Source of the DNA: Callorhinchus milii
Taxonomy: Eukaryota
Assembly (NCBI RefSeq): GCF_018977255.1
Contig: NW_024704742.1
Span: forward strand, 118,794,001 to 118,858,000
Direction: 5' to 3'
DNA: 64,000 bases
Shown here: positions 25,849 to 38,884 of the stretch, piece after piece
Position numbering within the stretch: position 1 is the first letter of the stretch
Layout of the letters: the number at the start of each line of letters is the position of its first letter
Notes under the pieces: generated by a model
Database searches by the model: none
What the model saw: only the letters and a program-made list of their open reading frames with translations
Told to the model about the DNA's origin: nothing
Made by a program: the position numbers and the translations under genes

Positions 25849-26448
25849 CTGTCAAATCAAAGATTTTAATCATCAAATTGAAGGAAATAATGAGCTTCTG
25901 AAGAATACATTTTGTCTTTTGTATATTGCCTTCCCTAAGTGATGCTTTTGCCAGAATGTGAAACAATTCAAGTGTTAAAGCCAGTGCTGCTCCCTCTCTA
26001 TACCCTTCCTTGTCGGTATCATTTCCTGACAGCTGGCACCAGTCTTGCTTCAAAGAAACCGCTCCCCTATAGCCACCACCTCTCCCCTACAGCCATACCA
26101 TGACCCCTCACCTCTTGTCAGGACACTACAGTAGGATTGCCTGTAAATACATATCCAAATATCTCTTTTCAAACTTGGTTTCCTTCCTCCACAGTCCCAG
26201 CAACTCAGCACTTGTGCAATCAGCTGTCTGTATGATTCCCCAAGCAGTTATGAAAGAAAAGGATAAAGAAACAGGTGAAAAGAAAAGAACAGAGAGTGTG
26301 TCTCCTTTCTTCTCTTATATGCCCCACTGGNAAAAAATCATTGTGTTGTTTTAACCTTCTCACCAAGTGGCTCTGCTTTGCTGGTTACAAATTTTCTAAC
26401 TCTCCGATATAAACTAAAAATCAAAGTATTTTACAATGGTCAACATAC

Positions 26449-26525
26449 CCGTTTCCTCAAGAAATTCAGAATGTTATCGGGTTTCACCACGTGTGTATCT
26501 TCTGAAATCAACACTGGTAGATTTC
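26449..26525 (-). CDS. MTX3: Metaxin-3 exon 3 (NLPVLISEDTHVVKPDNILNFLRKR)
   Basis: ttttcag acceptor and gtatgt donor, 77 nt, restores phase 0. Contains ILNFLRK motif. Confidence 0.93.
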
Positions 26526-26754
26526 CTGAAAACAGAAAAAGTTGCTAACATTATAGCCCACGTCCCAATATCTTATTGGTAAAACCGGATTCCTCAAGGG
26601 AACAGCAGCATTTAAAAGCCTCATTGTAGGCCAACTATTTCAGAGAGAATGCAGCTTCATATGTTCTAGACTCAAATGATACTTCACAAGTATGAATACA
26701 CTACTGCACATTCTTAATTATTTGGGGTATAGTAAAGTATGATCGAAAGTAGGT

Positions 26755-26940
26755 TAGGCGATAATCTAGTTATAATCTAGAGTAGTGTAGGATATAATCT
26801 AGAGGAGTGTGGGCTATTATCTACAATGTAAAATATAATCTAGAATGGTACATCATAGGGTTTAATCTATTGTATAGGGTATAATCTACATTAGTATAGA
26901 TGGGATATGATGTACAGTAGTGTAGGATCAAATCTGATAT
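26755..26940. repeat. Degenerate minisatellite of about 21 bp (tataatctagagtagtgtagg)
   Basis: ataatcta recurs about 8 times. Confidence 0.7.
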
Positions 26941-27633
26941 TGAATTACAATTATAATAAAACACCCCCGTACACACCACTTAATGGAGCATTGGGGCAAA
27001 TCCTTTATCACATACACTTGTACTTTCGACTCTCTCAGTAGATCACATGGAATAACTAACACACAAACAGCTGTATGTAACTATATTCTACTGTGTACAG
27101 CCTTGCATATTTAAACAATTCCGCACAGAAACCAGTTCCTTCTTCTATGTATGCACTATAATCTCAACCAAAAAGACACACATTAAGCAAATGCTAAATG
27201 AAATCAACAGACAAAATTTTGAATATCCTCAAAACGTTCCATTAATACTACGAAGAATAACAATCGTTGCATTTGGTATAGTGCCTTATCATGTTGTTGA
27301 GATGTCTCATAGCCCTTCAAAGGATTGACTGAGGGCAAAACACGGCAGCCAGTTGCACACTGTAGTCTCACACAAACAGTCGTAAATTGAGTGACCAAAT
27401 TTTTGACATTAATGACTGAAAACAAAAATGCCCCAAATGATTTCATGTTTCTGCACGTTTCTCTAATTCACCGTAGCTAATTTAATTATAAATTTAATAA
27501 ATCATTTTCGCAACTACTGAAGAAGTAGGTGTATGATTTTGGAGGCCTTTCAGTACTCTGGCTAAAATAAAGAGTCCAGGTAAGATGCATTAGCATTTAA
27601 ACAGAACACCAGAGAAACACATTAAATAGTTAC

Positions 27634-27703
27634 CTGTGGGTGATTTCCATGGATTATTAACATAGTGCACTTTCAGTGGAGCCCGTGAGAATTTGCCATA
27701 TGC
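27634..27703 (-). CDS. MTX3: Metaxin-3 exon 2 (AYGKFSRAPLKVHYVNNPWKSPT-G)
   Basis: ctgcag acceptor and gtaact donor, 70 nt. Matches MTX3 AYAKFSGAPLKV motif. Confidence 0.93.
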
Positions 27704-28399
27704 CTGCAGTGAAGAAAGATGTAGATGCACATTACATACGGGAAAATTTCTATTTCTATTTTGTTCAGGGGTTATTATTGTCCTCAACATGGTACATCAG
27801 CGCTGGGGAATGAAACCCTTCCCCATTTATTGCAGCTGCCTCCAATCATCAATCATTCCTAAAACAGCTACAGCACAGGCGAGATGCACAGAAAAGCTTT
27901 TCGTAATCTACCCCAAACTCATAAAAAAAAGAAGCTCCCACTGGACTATTCCCTACACCAGCCATTGGAATTTGACCCAAGTGAGAAATTACAGCAGCTT
28001 TACACTGTGAGATTCCCGAGCCATGCACTGGTTATTGCCCTTGTATTCCGTTTCTATTTACAGGCAGTGAAATGCAGTGAAATAAGGCCAGAAATCACCA
28101 GAGTTTACATTACTGTATATAATTCAGAATTTCAATCTAAATTCATTTAATTCGACCACAGAGACTGATAAACCCTGTCCCCTGCACCACAATGAAATAA
28201 ACAAGCCTGCAATGAACCTATCCATAAATTCACCTGCTTATACAGTATTAACAGAAAACAGGCTGGAGTACACTTTAGGGCACCAAACCACGTGGGTGTT
28301 TGGATAAGGTCATAAAATGTAGAGCGAGCCTTGAGCTGTTTCAGCAGCATGTAAACAATTTTCCAGGTCAATGCATTGTAACACTCCAATCAATAGGAA

Positions 28400-28960
28400 T
28401 ATAATATAGGAACATAGGAACAGGAGTAGGCCATTCAGCCCCTCGAAGCTGTTCAGCCATTCTATAAGATCATGTCTGATCTGTACCTCAAGTCCAATGA
28501 CCCGGCCTTGCCCCATATCCCTTGATACCCTTATCTAACAAATATCTATCCACCTCAGTCTTGAAAATATGAACGGATCCAGCATCCATAGCCTTTTGGG
28601 GGGGGGAGTTTCAGATTTCCACTACCCTTTGGGTGAAAAACTGACTCCTGATTTCACTCTTAAATAGCCTAGGTCTAATTTTATATTATGTCCTTGTTCT
28701 GGCTTCCCCTACCAGAGGAAATAGTTTCTCTATATCTAGTCTCGAATCCCTTTATTATTTAAAAATCTCAATTAGATTACCCCTAAACCTTCTAAACTCA
28801 AAGGAATAGAGACAAAGTTTATGCAATCTGTCCTCATAATTTAACCCTTTTAGCCTTGGTATCATTCTGGTGAATCTGCAGAGTCAATATATCCTTCCTG
28901 AGGTGCAATGCCCAAAACTGAACGCAGTACTCCAGATTGGGGTCTGACCAAGGCTCCAAC
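28400..28960 (-). mobile_element. CR1 LINE 3' fragment with tail
   Basis: The minus strand reads LVRPxLEYCVQFW..., followed by the CR1 3' end gggctgaatggcctactcctgttcctatgttcct. Confidence 0.85.
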
Positions 28961-29659
28961 ACAACATGTGTTATTTCACTGATATAACTGGAACAAAAAT
29001 AAGATCAATCAGTTATAGAAACCAACAGCTACAACCAGTTTTTTAATCTTTTGACTAGAGATGGAGTCAAAACGTTTATCTGAATCCCCCTCAGTCTATC
29101 TGTGTACAGTACATTATGAAGACAAAACAGGGCAGAGTGTGTTTCAAGGATATCACTTGTTAAGGCTTAAAGAATTACAGCTACAGGAGAGATCACACTT
29201 GCACTCTCACCGTCTGTCTCACTCGCTCTCTTTCACAGTTACCGTCTCTGTCTTGCATGCTCACTCTCTCACCTTGTCTCCCTCCCTCTTACTCTTTCCC
29301 TCTTCGTCTGTCTCTCACTCTTAACGTTCTTTCTGTCACTCCCTCTTCCTGTTACTCTGTTAATTCCAACCCACAGCTCGGGTGCAAACCCCTCATTGTC
29401 CAGTGTCTTGGGATGTTGTCCTGACATGAAAGGCGCTCTATGAATGCAATTTGTTGTTATTGGTGTACTCTTTCATTCACTCTACCTCTCACTCACACTC
29501 TCCCTCTTTCTGTCTGTTCCACTCTCTCTGTGTCTTTCACTTCCTCTCCCTCTCTCTGTCTCTTACTCCCTCTGTCTGTTACTCAGTCTCTCACACTTTT
29601 ACTATTAATTCCTCTCTGTTCCTCGGCCTCACTCACTCTCTCAGGTTGTCGTGATGTTG

Positions 29660-30360
29660 ACCTTGACAGACAAGACAGTCATACAGTCAGACTGACAGAC
29701 AGCCAGTTCGACAGACAGACAGTCACACAGACAGTCATAAGAACATAAGAAGAACAACAAATTACACTTGTATAGCGCCTTTCACGTCAGGAGGACGTCC
29801 CAAGTCAGGGATCCACACCTGAGCTGGTGGTTGGGATCAGGAGGGGTGGAGGACGGGGAGGAGAGGGAAGAGAATAGACAGAACTGACGGACAATCAGTA
29901 AAATAGACTGACAGTCAGACAGACAGTCAGTCAGATACAGTCAAATAGATACAATCAGACAGACAGTCAGTTAGACACAAAGTGAGTCAGAGGCAATCAG
30001 TCAGTCAGTCAGATTGACAGACAGAGTAGATAGATGTGACAGATGGAACAAGTGAGTTTGACAGTCACTGAGACTGACAGACAGTCACAGACAGACAGAG
30101 ACAGACAGTCAGTCACAGTCAGGCAGTGACAGACAGTGACAGACAGACAGACAGACAGACAGTGACAGACAGGCAGTGACAGACAGACAGTGACAGACAG
30201 ACAGTGAGTCACAGACAGTGACGGTCAGACAGTGACAGACAGGCAGTGACGGTCAGATAGTCACAGACAGTGAGTCACAGACAGTGACAGAGAGACAGTG
30301 ACAGACAGTGACAGACAGTGAGTCACAGACAGTGACGGTCAGGCAGTGGCGGTCAGGCTC
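29660..30360. repeat. (CAGA/CAGT)n compound microsatellite region in MTX3 intron 1
   Basis: Runs of acag and acagtg units seen directly. Confidence 0.9.
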
Positions 30361-30712
30361 TGCTCTCTCTGCTCTCACACTGACTGAGGCCTCCCCTCCT
30401 CGTCACTATGCCGCCCCGGGATTAGGCCGCGGCCTCTCAGCGCTTTTCCCTTTTAACTCTCGCCCCTGAGTGTGGAGGATGAACATTACCAGCACTGCCA
30501 GGCAGTCAGGGTGGATGGAGGGCAAACCCCAGTCCCCGCCCCAGCACCTCAGCTCCATGACAGCCCGACCCCGACCCGCCCGCCCGCCCGCCCGCCCGGC
30601 CTGGCCCAGCCCCGCCCCGCCCGGCCTGGCCCAGCCCCGCCCCGCCCGGCCTGGCCCAGCCCCGCCCCGCCCGGCTCACCCGGAAACACTGCCTCAGGTC
30701 AGCAGCGGGTCA
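30350..30712 (-). promoter_or_regulatory. CpG/GC-rich island at the MTX3 5' end, with three 25-bp tandem repeats (GC boxes)
   Basis: High GC and CpG content around exon 1. Unit cccggcctggcccagccccgccccg occurs 3 times (about 30595-30675). ETS-like CCGGAA near 30680. Confidence 0.7.
30490..30558 (-). CDS. MTX3: Metaxin-3 exon 1 (MELRCWGGDWGLPSIHPDCLAVL)
   Basis: ATG in good Kozak context (gctgtcATGG) inside a GC-rich island. The translation matches the metaxin N-terminus (human MTX3 LELSCWGGGWGLPSVH, from memory). Donor CTG|gtaatg, 69 nt, phase 0. Confidence 0.93.
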
Positions 30713-30713
30713 C

Positions 30714-32255
30714 AGGGAGAGAGAGAGAGAGAGAGAGGGAAACACAGAGGGAGAGAGATACAGAGAGAGAGTGATAGAGAGAGAGAGTGATAGAGAGAGA
30801 AAAGCAGAGAGAGTGAGAGAGAAACACAGAGGGAGAGAGATACAGAGAGAGAGTGATAGAGAGGTGATAGAGAAAAGCAGAGAGAGTGAGAGACACAGAG
30901 GGAGATAGAGAGAGAGTGATAGAGAGAGAAAAGCAGAGAGAGCGAGAGACACACACAGAGAGAGAGAGGGGGAAACACAGAAGGAGAGAGAGAGATACAG
31001 AGAGATAGAGAGAGAAAAGCAGAGAGTGAGAGACACAGAGAGAGGGAGAGAGAGAAGGAAACACAGAGGGAGAGAGAGAGAGAGTGATAGAGAGAGAAAA
31101 GCAGAGAGAGTGAGAGAGAAACACAGAGGGAGAGATACAGAGAGAGAGATACAGAGAGTGATAGAGAGAGAAAAGCAGAGAGAGTGAGAGACACAGAGGG
31201 AGATAGAGAGAGAGTGATAGAGAGAGAAAAGCAGAGAGAGTGAGAGACACACACACACAGAGAGAGGGGGAAACACAGAAGGAGAGAGAGAGAGAGAGAT
31301 ACAGAGAGTGATAGAGAGAGAAAAGCAGAGAGTGAGAGACACAGAGAGAGGGAGAGAGAGAAGGAAACACAGAGGGAGAGAGAGAGAGAGAGTGATAGAG
31401 AGAGAAAAGCAGAGAGTGAGAGACACAGAGAGAGGGAGAGAGAGAAGGAAACACAGGGAGAGAGAGAGAGAGTGATAGAGAGAGAAAAGCAGAGAGAGTG
31501 AGAGACACACAAAGAGAGAGAGGGAAACACAGAGGGAGAGATAGAGAGAGTGATAGAGAGAGTGAGAGACACACAGAGAGAGAGAGAGACGGAAACACAG
31601 AGGGAGAGATACAGAGAGAGTGATAGAGAAAAGCAGAGAGAGTGAGAGACACAGAGAGAGAGGGAAACACAGAGGGAGAGATGCAGAGAGAGTGATAGAG
31701 AGAGAGTGAGAGAGAGACGGAAACACAGAGGAAGAGAGAGAGAGATAGAGAGAGAAAAGCAGAGAGAGTGAGAGACACACAGAGAGAGAGAGGGAAACAC
31801 AGGGAGAGAGAGAGAGAGAGATACAGAAAGAATGATAGAGAAAAGCAGAGAGCGTGAGAGACACACAGACAGAGAAAGACGGAAACACAGAGGGAGTGAT
31901 AGAGAGATACAGAGAGAGAGTGATAGGGAGAGAGAGAGAAAAAAAAAGCAGAGAGAGTGAGAGACACAGAGAGAGTGATAGAGAAACAGATATAGAGAGA
32001 GAAAAACAGTGAGAGACAGAGTGACAGAGAAACAGATAGAGAGAGAGAGAAAAACAGAGTGATAGAGAAACACACAGAGAAAGACAGATCGAGAGAGAGA
32101 GAGAAACAGAGAGTGAGAGACACAGAGAAAGATAGAGAAACAGAGAGAGTGGGAGACACACAGCGAGAGAGAGTGATAGAGAAACAGAGAGAGAGAGAAA
32201 CACAGAAAGAGAGAGAAACACAAAGAGTGAGTGAGCGAGAGAAACAGAGAGAGTG
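30714..32255. repeat. GA-rich compound satellite with higher-order units
   Basis: (GA)n punctuated by recurring aaaagcag, gtgatag, ggaaacacag and gatacag. Confidence 0.95.
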
Positions 32256-32495
32256 ATAATAATATAATAATAATAATCCTTGCATTTGATATAGTGCTTT
32301 TCACGTCTTCTAAACGTCTCAAAGCGCTTCACAGAATATACTGTAAAGTGAATTGACTGTATATTTGTGGGCAAAATGCGACAGCAGTCGTGGATTGAAA
32401 TGACCAATTATTGTATTGTTTTGGAGGGATTATTATTAGGCGTGTGGAGTAAGGAAACTTGCCCAAGGTTTTGCCCCGCCGGGAATTGAACCCAT
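32256..32495 (-). mobile_element. tRNA-SINE, short form, 5'-truncated
   Basis: Tail, Deu remnant and B box, lying between GA tracts. Confidence 0.85.
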
Positions 32496-32496
32496 G

Positions 32497-34230
32497 TGAT
32501 AGAGAGAAGCAGAGAATGAGCGAGAGAAACAGAGAGAGAGAGTGGTAGGGAGAAACACAGAGTGCGTACTCAGAGAAACAGAAATAAACAGATGGAAAGA
32601 GTGAGGGAAACTGATGGAAAGAGAGGGGTAGACAGAGAGAAAAGAGAGGGGGGAAAAAGAGCTGAGAGGGAGAAAAGTGGGGAGCAGAGAGTTTGTGGGT
32701 ACAGAAAAATGGTTGAGAGAACAAATTCTGGTGTAGATAGAGTATGGGGGAGACAGAGGGTATGGGGGAGATAGAATATTGGGGAGATAAAGGGGGTTGT
32801 GGGGGAGATACAACAACAACAACAAGATACCATTTATAGAGTGCCTTTCACGTCGGGAGGACATCCCAAAGCCGAGCGGGGGGAAATGGTCAGGGTGAGG
32901 GGAGGGAAGGGAGGGAGCGAGGAGGGGGTAGAGAGTCGAGAGGGGAGCTGAAGGCACAGTCAAAGAGAAAGGTCTTGAGACCCGCCTTGAAGGAGGAAAG
33001 GGAGGAAGCGGCGAAGGCACTGGGGAATGGAGTTCCAGAGCCTCGGGGCTGAGAGGCTGAAAGCCCGGCCACCGATGGTAGGGCGGTTGGGGCGGGGGAT
33101 GTGGAGCAGACCGGAGCCAGAGGAACGGAGGGTACGGGCAGGTGGGTAGGGGGATAGTAGGTCGGAGAGGTAGGAGGGAGCAAGGCTGTGAATGGCCTTG
33201 TAGGTGAGGATGAGGATCTTGAATTCGATCCTCGGGGGGATGGGGTGCCAGTGGAGGCGAGCGAGGGTGGGAGTGATGTGGTCCGAAGCCTGGTGCGGGA
33301 CAGTACACGAGCTGCAGAGTTCTGAATGACCTGCAGCTTGTGGAGGGAGGTGCCGGGAAGGCCGCGAGGAGAGAGTTCCCATAGTCCAGCCTTGAGGTGA
33401 TAAAGGCGTGGACCAGAGTTTCAGCAGCGTGAGGGGTGAGGTAGTGCCGTAGTCTGGAGATATTCCGGAGGTGATGGAAGGCGGTGCCAGTTGTGGAGCG
33501 GATATGAGGGAGAAAGGACAGCTCACGGTCGAACAGAACCCCGAGGTTCCTGATGGCTTTGAGAGGTGGAGAGTGCAGCCTTGGATGCTGATGCTGTCAG
33601 CGCCTGAGGTGTGGAGGCGCTGATGCTGTCAGCGCCTGAGGTGTGGAGGCGCTGACGCGAGCCAATCAGGATAGACAGAGTAATGGGGAGGTATAGGGGA
33701 GATAGAGGGGTATGGGGGAGATAGAGGGGTATGGGGGAGATAGAGAAGAGTATGAGATAGATAGATGGGTATGGGGGAGATAGAGGGGGTATGGGGGAAA
33801 TAGAGGAAGGTATGGGGGTGATAGGGAATGGGGCAGACAGAGGGCCGTGGGGGAGACAGAGGGGGCATGGAGGAGACAGTGAGGGACATGGGGGAGACAG
33901 TGGGGGGCATGGGGGAGACAGAGGGGAAACGGGGAGACATGGGGGGGAGAGATGAGAGTCAATGGGGCTATGTGGAGAGAGAGAAGAGGGGGGGGCTAGG
34001 GGAGAGAGTGGTATGAGGGCAAGCAACTAGGTGAATTGGGAAAATAGAAGGGATGGAAGACAGAAAAGGGCGAGGGAGACAAAGGGGATAGAAGTGGTAT
34101 GGAGGAGAGAAATGAAAGGTAATGGGATATAGGTGGAGATGGGGCAAGGGGAGGAGGGAGAGAGGGGGTAAGGGGAGAGATGAGTCAATGGGGTAGAGGT
34201 GGAGACTGTCAAGGGGAGGTGGGAGAGAGA
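32497..34230. repeat. Purine/G-rich low-complexity and minisatellite tract (gtatgggggagatagaggg units), split by an L2 fragment
   Basis: The same roughly 20-bp unit occurs at 32740-32808 and 33683-33830. Confidence 0.85.
32809..33671 (-). mobile_element. L2 LINE 3' fragment, same young subfamily
   Basis: Nearly identical by eye to 4325-5180. (CAA)n tail on the + strand. LHWHP and RIEFKIL motifs. Confidence 0.93.
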
Positions 34231-34992
34231 CCACCTGTCATTTATTTCACGGCTGTTTGTGGGACTTTGCTATGTGGAAATTGGCTGCTTCATTCACCTA
34301 CAAAATACAGTCAATATACTACATTAACGCCTGTGAAGTGCCTTTCACTTAAGAAGACTTTCTGTTGCTGAGTGGTTAGAGCACTCGCCTTGCAAGCGAG
34401 AGACCTGGGTTTGATTCCCGGCATTCAGTAATTATTCACAAGTGAAGGCACTATATCAAATGCAAGAATTATTAATATTAAATTTTAGTTATTAAAAGCT
34501 GCTTCAGAACTGACTTTTTTTTTAAAAAATGTTTTGAATACAAGCTGGACCTATTCATGTTTTAAGCTCTCATCCTGAAAGCTTGCAAACGGTCCTACAA
34601 TATTATTATTGTCTGCAAACACACAACACTATGGTATGTATTGAAGAATTGCATTGGTTTCAACGTTTCACTTACATATCGTGTAATGCAAATGGTGTAC
34701 GGTTCTTCTCTTTAATTCTCTGAAATAGGGAAAAGAAGCTTTGCCAAATGCATCTGCATGAATGGATTTTCCGTTTAAATTCAACCATGTAAGGAGGCTA
34801 TATAACTGAACTGTGAAAGCAGAACCAGACAGCGGGAGTTTTACATGAGAAAGGTTCAAGCAGCACTAGAGAAAACAATTCTATAGTGGATAAAACAAAC
34901 CATAGTGTGTTGTCAGCTCCTTCAAAACAGAACTGGATAAATATCTACTTAGCAATGCATTGGAGATTAGAGGGATTAGTGCAGTCTGAGAT

Positions 34993-35362
34993 GATAATAA
35001 AAATCCTTGCATTCTGTTTAGCACCTAATCACATCTTCGAGACGTCTCAAAACGCTTCACACAGTATACTGTAAAGTGAATTGACTGCATATTTTGTGGG
35101 TGAAACATGTCTGCCAATTGCGCACAGCAGTGTCCCTCAAACAGTGGTGGATTGAGTGACAAGTTTATTATTGTTTTTTTTAAGGAATTTTTACCCCAGG
35201 AAAAGGGATCTGCCAATTGACTAACAACCGGGTTCCTGCTTACTGCTAAATAAACACAGGTGTGTGGAGTAAAGAAACTTGCCCAACATTTCTCCCTTCT
35301 GGGAATTAAACCCAGGTCTCTCGCTTGCGAGGCGAGTGCTCTAACCACTGAGCTACAGGACT
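34993..35362 (-). mobile_element. tRNA-SINE, long form, full length
   Basis: All segments are recognisable. Confidence 0.88.
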
Positions 35363-36824
35363 TTGAATGCTCCAAATGCTGACAAGTCAACTTGGTTCAG
35401 TTGGTAGCATTTTGTTTCTGCATCAGAAGGTTGTGGGTTCAAACCCCATGTTGGGACCTTGAGTTCATAATGAACTCAGACTGCATTGAGCCTTGAGACT
35501 CTTTGATGAGGTGATGAACGCTATATCAAATGCTTGGATTATTATGAAGAGTTCCCAAGACAGTTTGGGTATAAGAGTTCTTTCCAGCACATCTGACCTC
35601 ATCCTTACACAATAACCACCATATTATACTGTCTTCCCATTACAGCATCAAGTGGTGTCTTGGCTCTTTATTTTCCTCTATACGAAGAATTGCTATACTC
35701 TGCCTAATTTCCTTGTTGCGTTGACCTTTTTAGACAATGAAGTGGTCAAGTTTCTGGCTTGTTCCACTGCAATACTGAGCTAACCAGCCATTTGCTGAGC
35801 CAGGGTTGCTACCGTCTGTGTATGTGTGTGTGTGTGAAGCTTTAGGAAATGTGTAACTTGACAGTGGGTACCCCAGTACCTTATCTTCTCGTCTTTAGTG
35901 CTCCAGCAACCATCGGGGTCAGATTTGTGAGACAGCTTTCTTTGTAACAGTTTCTGGCTGCATCCCTGTTGTTATGCCACCTAATAATACTACTAAAAAA
36001 ATCCATTCAGTCTGTCTGCAGTCTGGTATTAAGAGTATTATGACCCACAAACCTGCTAAAAATGAATGAAAACCACGACTACTGCAGGGAATGTATTCCA
36101 GACTATTATAACAAATTAGGTTACAAAGCACCCCAGGTGGTTTCTGTATATGGAGTGATTATTGCACATATAAGAAAAGTTTTACTGTGGGATTTTAACT
36201 TAAAAACAGTCATGTCTCATCAGATTTTGTTACCAGCGTTGTTTTTTACAAGTAGTGAATAACCATGTGAGTTGGGACCAATAGTTTCTGTGTGATGGAC
36301 AGACATTAGAGAAGTACATGGCCATCTAACCATGTCTGACTGTCTCATTCTGTCGAAGATCCTCAACATTGGAATACGGATTAATCCTGGGAGACTGAGG
36401 TTGATGAATGGTCCATGTCCGTATGTATTAAAATGTGACAGGCTTCTGAGAATAACCCCACATATGGTTTTCCAGTTTGCAAAGCACCATAGATAGTTTC
36501 TGTAAACAGATCGATTACCCCTTTCCCCTTTTCCTGGACCAGAAAAGCAAAGTCTTGCTATGTGCTGCTTTCTTTTTCCCAATTTTCTTCCTATTTAAAG
36601 GTATTGATAGTGGATTATGGTAGTGTTAGTGCTGGCAGTTCTCTGGGACCTAACCAAGATGTGCCTACCCAGCCAGTGAATGTCAGAAGACTCCTTATAA
36701 TTAATTGGGGGAAAGGGGAATCGCAATCAAGCCTGTTCCTGTATTCACCTAGTGCGCACATGTGTTCACCTTTCACCAGAAATTTTTCCACCAGAACACA
36801 AGAGAGTGAAAGAAAATACCACAA

Positions 36825-37190
36825 AGGTGTGTTTAAGATTCTGAAGGGCACAATATTGAAAGTAAGAAAAAACTATTTCCTTCAATTGAGGAATTGGTGA
36901 GGAGTGCGTTGTATCATGATTTTAGCAGAAGAATCAAGGGTGAGTTTGGAAAGATTATTTTTACTCAAAGAGTTGTTAGGTTGTACAATGTATTGCCACA
37001 AATGGCTATAGAAGCTGGATCAACAGAATCATTCCAAAAGGAACTGGATAAGGAACTGAGCAGTAAAATTGTTTCACGCATCTGGGAAAAGAGCTGAAAA
37101 GTGGGATTAATAAAAAAGGGCTGTCTTAAAACAACACATACAGGTAGAAGTGGGCCAAGTGGCCTTTTTCTACACTGAAAATGTCTGTAT
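36825..37190 (+). mobile_element. Degenerate CR1 3' fragment
   Basis: FTQRVVRLYNVLP..AIEAGS..SFQKELD motif, plus a gggccaagtggcc tail. Confidence 0.75.
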
Positions 37191-38490
37191 TTCTACTCAG
37201 GTATTGGCAACAGCAAACCGTGGACTGGTTTTGTTTTCTTGACTTGCTCCTTAACAAGGCCGAGCAAATGAATTGGAATCCGATCACTGTGCCAGAAATC
37301 AAACCTACATCAAAGATCCCCTACCTACAACATGGGACACAAATTTAAACTCAGTACAGGAATGGTGAACAAACGGTTCAGGTTTAATTATTTTACATAG
37401 GATGGTGAATATGTGGAATGCAGCACTCAGGGAAATAGCTAGATCATACAGAGTGGAAGCAGATTGTACAGGATAACCTTGTTATCACGCAGTTCCCTCA
37501 GTCCAGTATAAGTTAAACCTGAAAAAATGGTTGACTTCCTGGTTGGCAGGTCCCTGCTGACATCACTTGCTACACAATGCGCTATGTGTCGGGAACACTG
37601 CCTTCTCACATTTTCCTTCCACACAGTCCTCTCACAAAGTGACATCAAATACAAGGATTATTATTATTATTAGTGGTGGTGCTTCTTCACATAGCGCATG
37701 TGTGCAGCAGGTAGGAAGTGACATCAATGGTGCATATGTTGTGCAAGTGATAAATGCACAAGTTCCGACTTCAACAACGACCTGATGACATGGAAGTTGG
37801 CCATTTTTCAGCACAGGAAATAGGCTCATCAGTGCTGGAAATGAGTGTACTACACTTTCAGTTAACTGGGTTCGCGGAACACCTGCAATATAAGCAAGAT
37901 GTTGTACCGTGTCATTAGCAGGTTTGCACTGTATTAGTGAATTTTCCATTTGAGTGCATTCCTGTGTCCCTATGTACTTATCCACATGGCTCTGCACTGC
38001 ACCAAAAAGTGCAAATACCCACTGATCTCCATAGTGTGTTACTTTCTTGATGGATAAACGTATGTTCTTATTGAGTATTGATACAAAAGTCTATAACGAA
38101 GATGCCTGACTAGTAACTCAACCATGAATATGTGTTTCTTGTGCTTGTCAGCGTGGCACATCAATTAACCAGTGTTTTATGACTTGGGGCAAAGAATGAG
38201 GATTCTTTTCTCATGGCATCTTACAGCAGGAATCTAGGAAGCGTTTAATGATATAATGGTTGCAATCTAAGTCTTCTGAGGATTTTCATGCTGAATTTAA
38301 AGGATGCTGCAATTGGTACATAATGGCAGGATTCTGATGCACAAAATAAAAGGAATTTAAATTGTGAATGTATTGATTTGATTTCATCGACCAGAGAAGG
38401 ACTGAAAATTCCCCTGATTCTTGTGCCACTTTTACAATGTGTTGTGAAATGAAATGGAGCTATTACTAACTGTCTGAAAAATAAGTCTTC

Positions 38491-38783
38491 ATAATAATAG
38501 TTGCATTTGATATAGCGTCTTTGCACATCATTGAGGAGTCTCAAAGAACTTCACAGAATATACTGTAAAATGAACTGATTGTATGTTTTGTGGGCGAAAC
38601 GTGGCAGCCAATTGCACACAGAAGTGTCCCACAACCAGTCGTGGATTAAATAACCAAATTATTATTTTATTTATTTATTTGTTTGTTTTTGAAAGAATTA
38701 AACAGAGATGTTTGGAGTAAGAAAACTTGCCAGAGCCTCTTGCTTGTTAGGTGAGTGCTCTAACCAATATGCTATAGGACGCC
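38491..38783 (-). mobile_element. tRNA-SINE, degenerate
   Basis: Tail, Deu segment and degraded head. Confidence 0.78.
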
Positions 38784-38884
38784 ACAATAAAATGCATGTA
38801 TAAAATGCACACAGAGAAAATACTAAACTGAGCTTCATGCATAAAGTGAACACACTACTCAATGTATGGAGCTTCATTTTAGAA

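Noticed and set aside
26331..26331. Single N base
   Set aside because: It is an assembly ambiguity in MTX3 intron 3 and carries no biological signal.
30470..30790. Plus-strand Pro/Arg-rich ORFs at the MTX3 5' end
   Set aside because: They are antisense translations of exon 1 and the GC-rich tandem repeat.
30694..32407. Three overlapping ORFs of 528-565 aa (S/L/C-rich)
   Set aside because: They are translations of the CT strand of the GA satellite. All three frames are open, the sequence is low-complexity and no domain is present.
30714..34230. CRISPR-like regularly spaced repeats
   Set aside because: There are no unique spacers and no cas genes, and the context is eukaryotic. These are simple satellites.
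37632..37997. Possible Harbinger transposase remnant (IAGVPR) in a 121-aa ORF
   Set aside because: Only one short motif is present, and the expected downstream GAIDCTH is absent.
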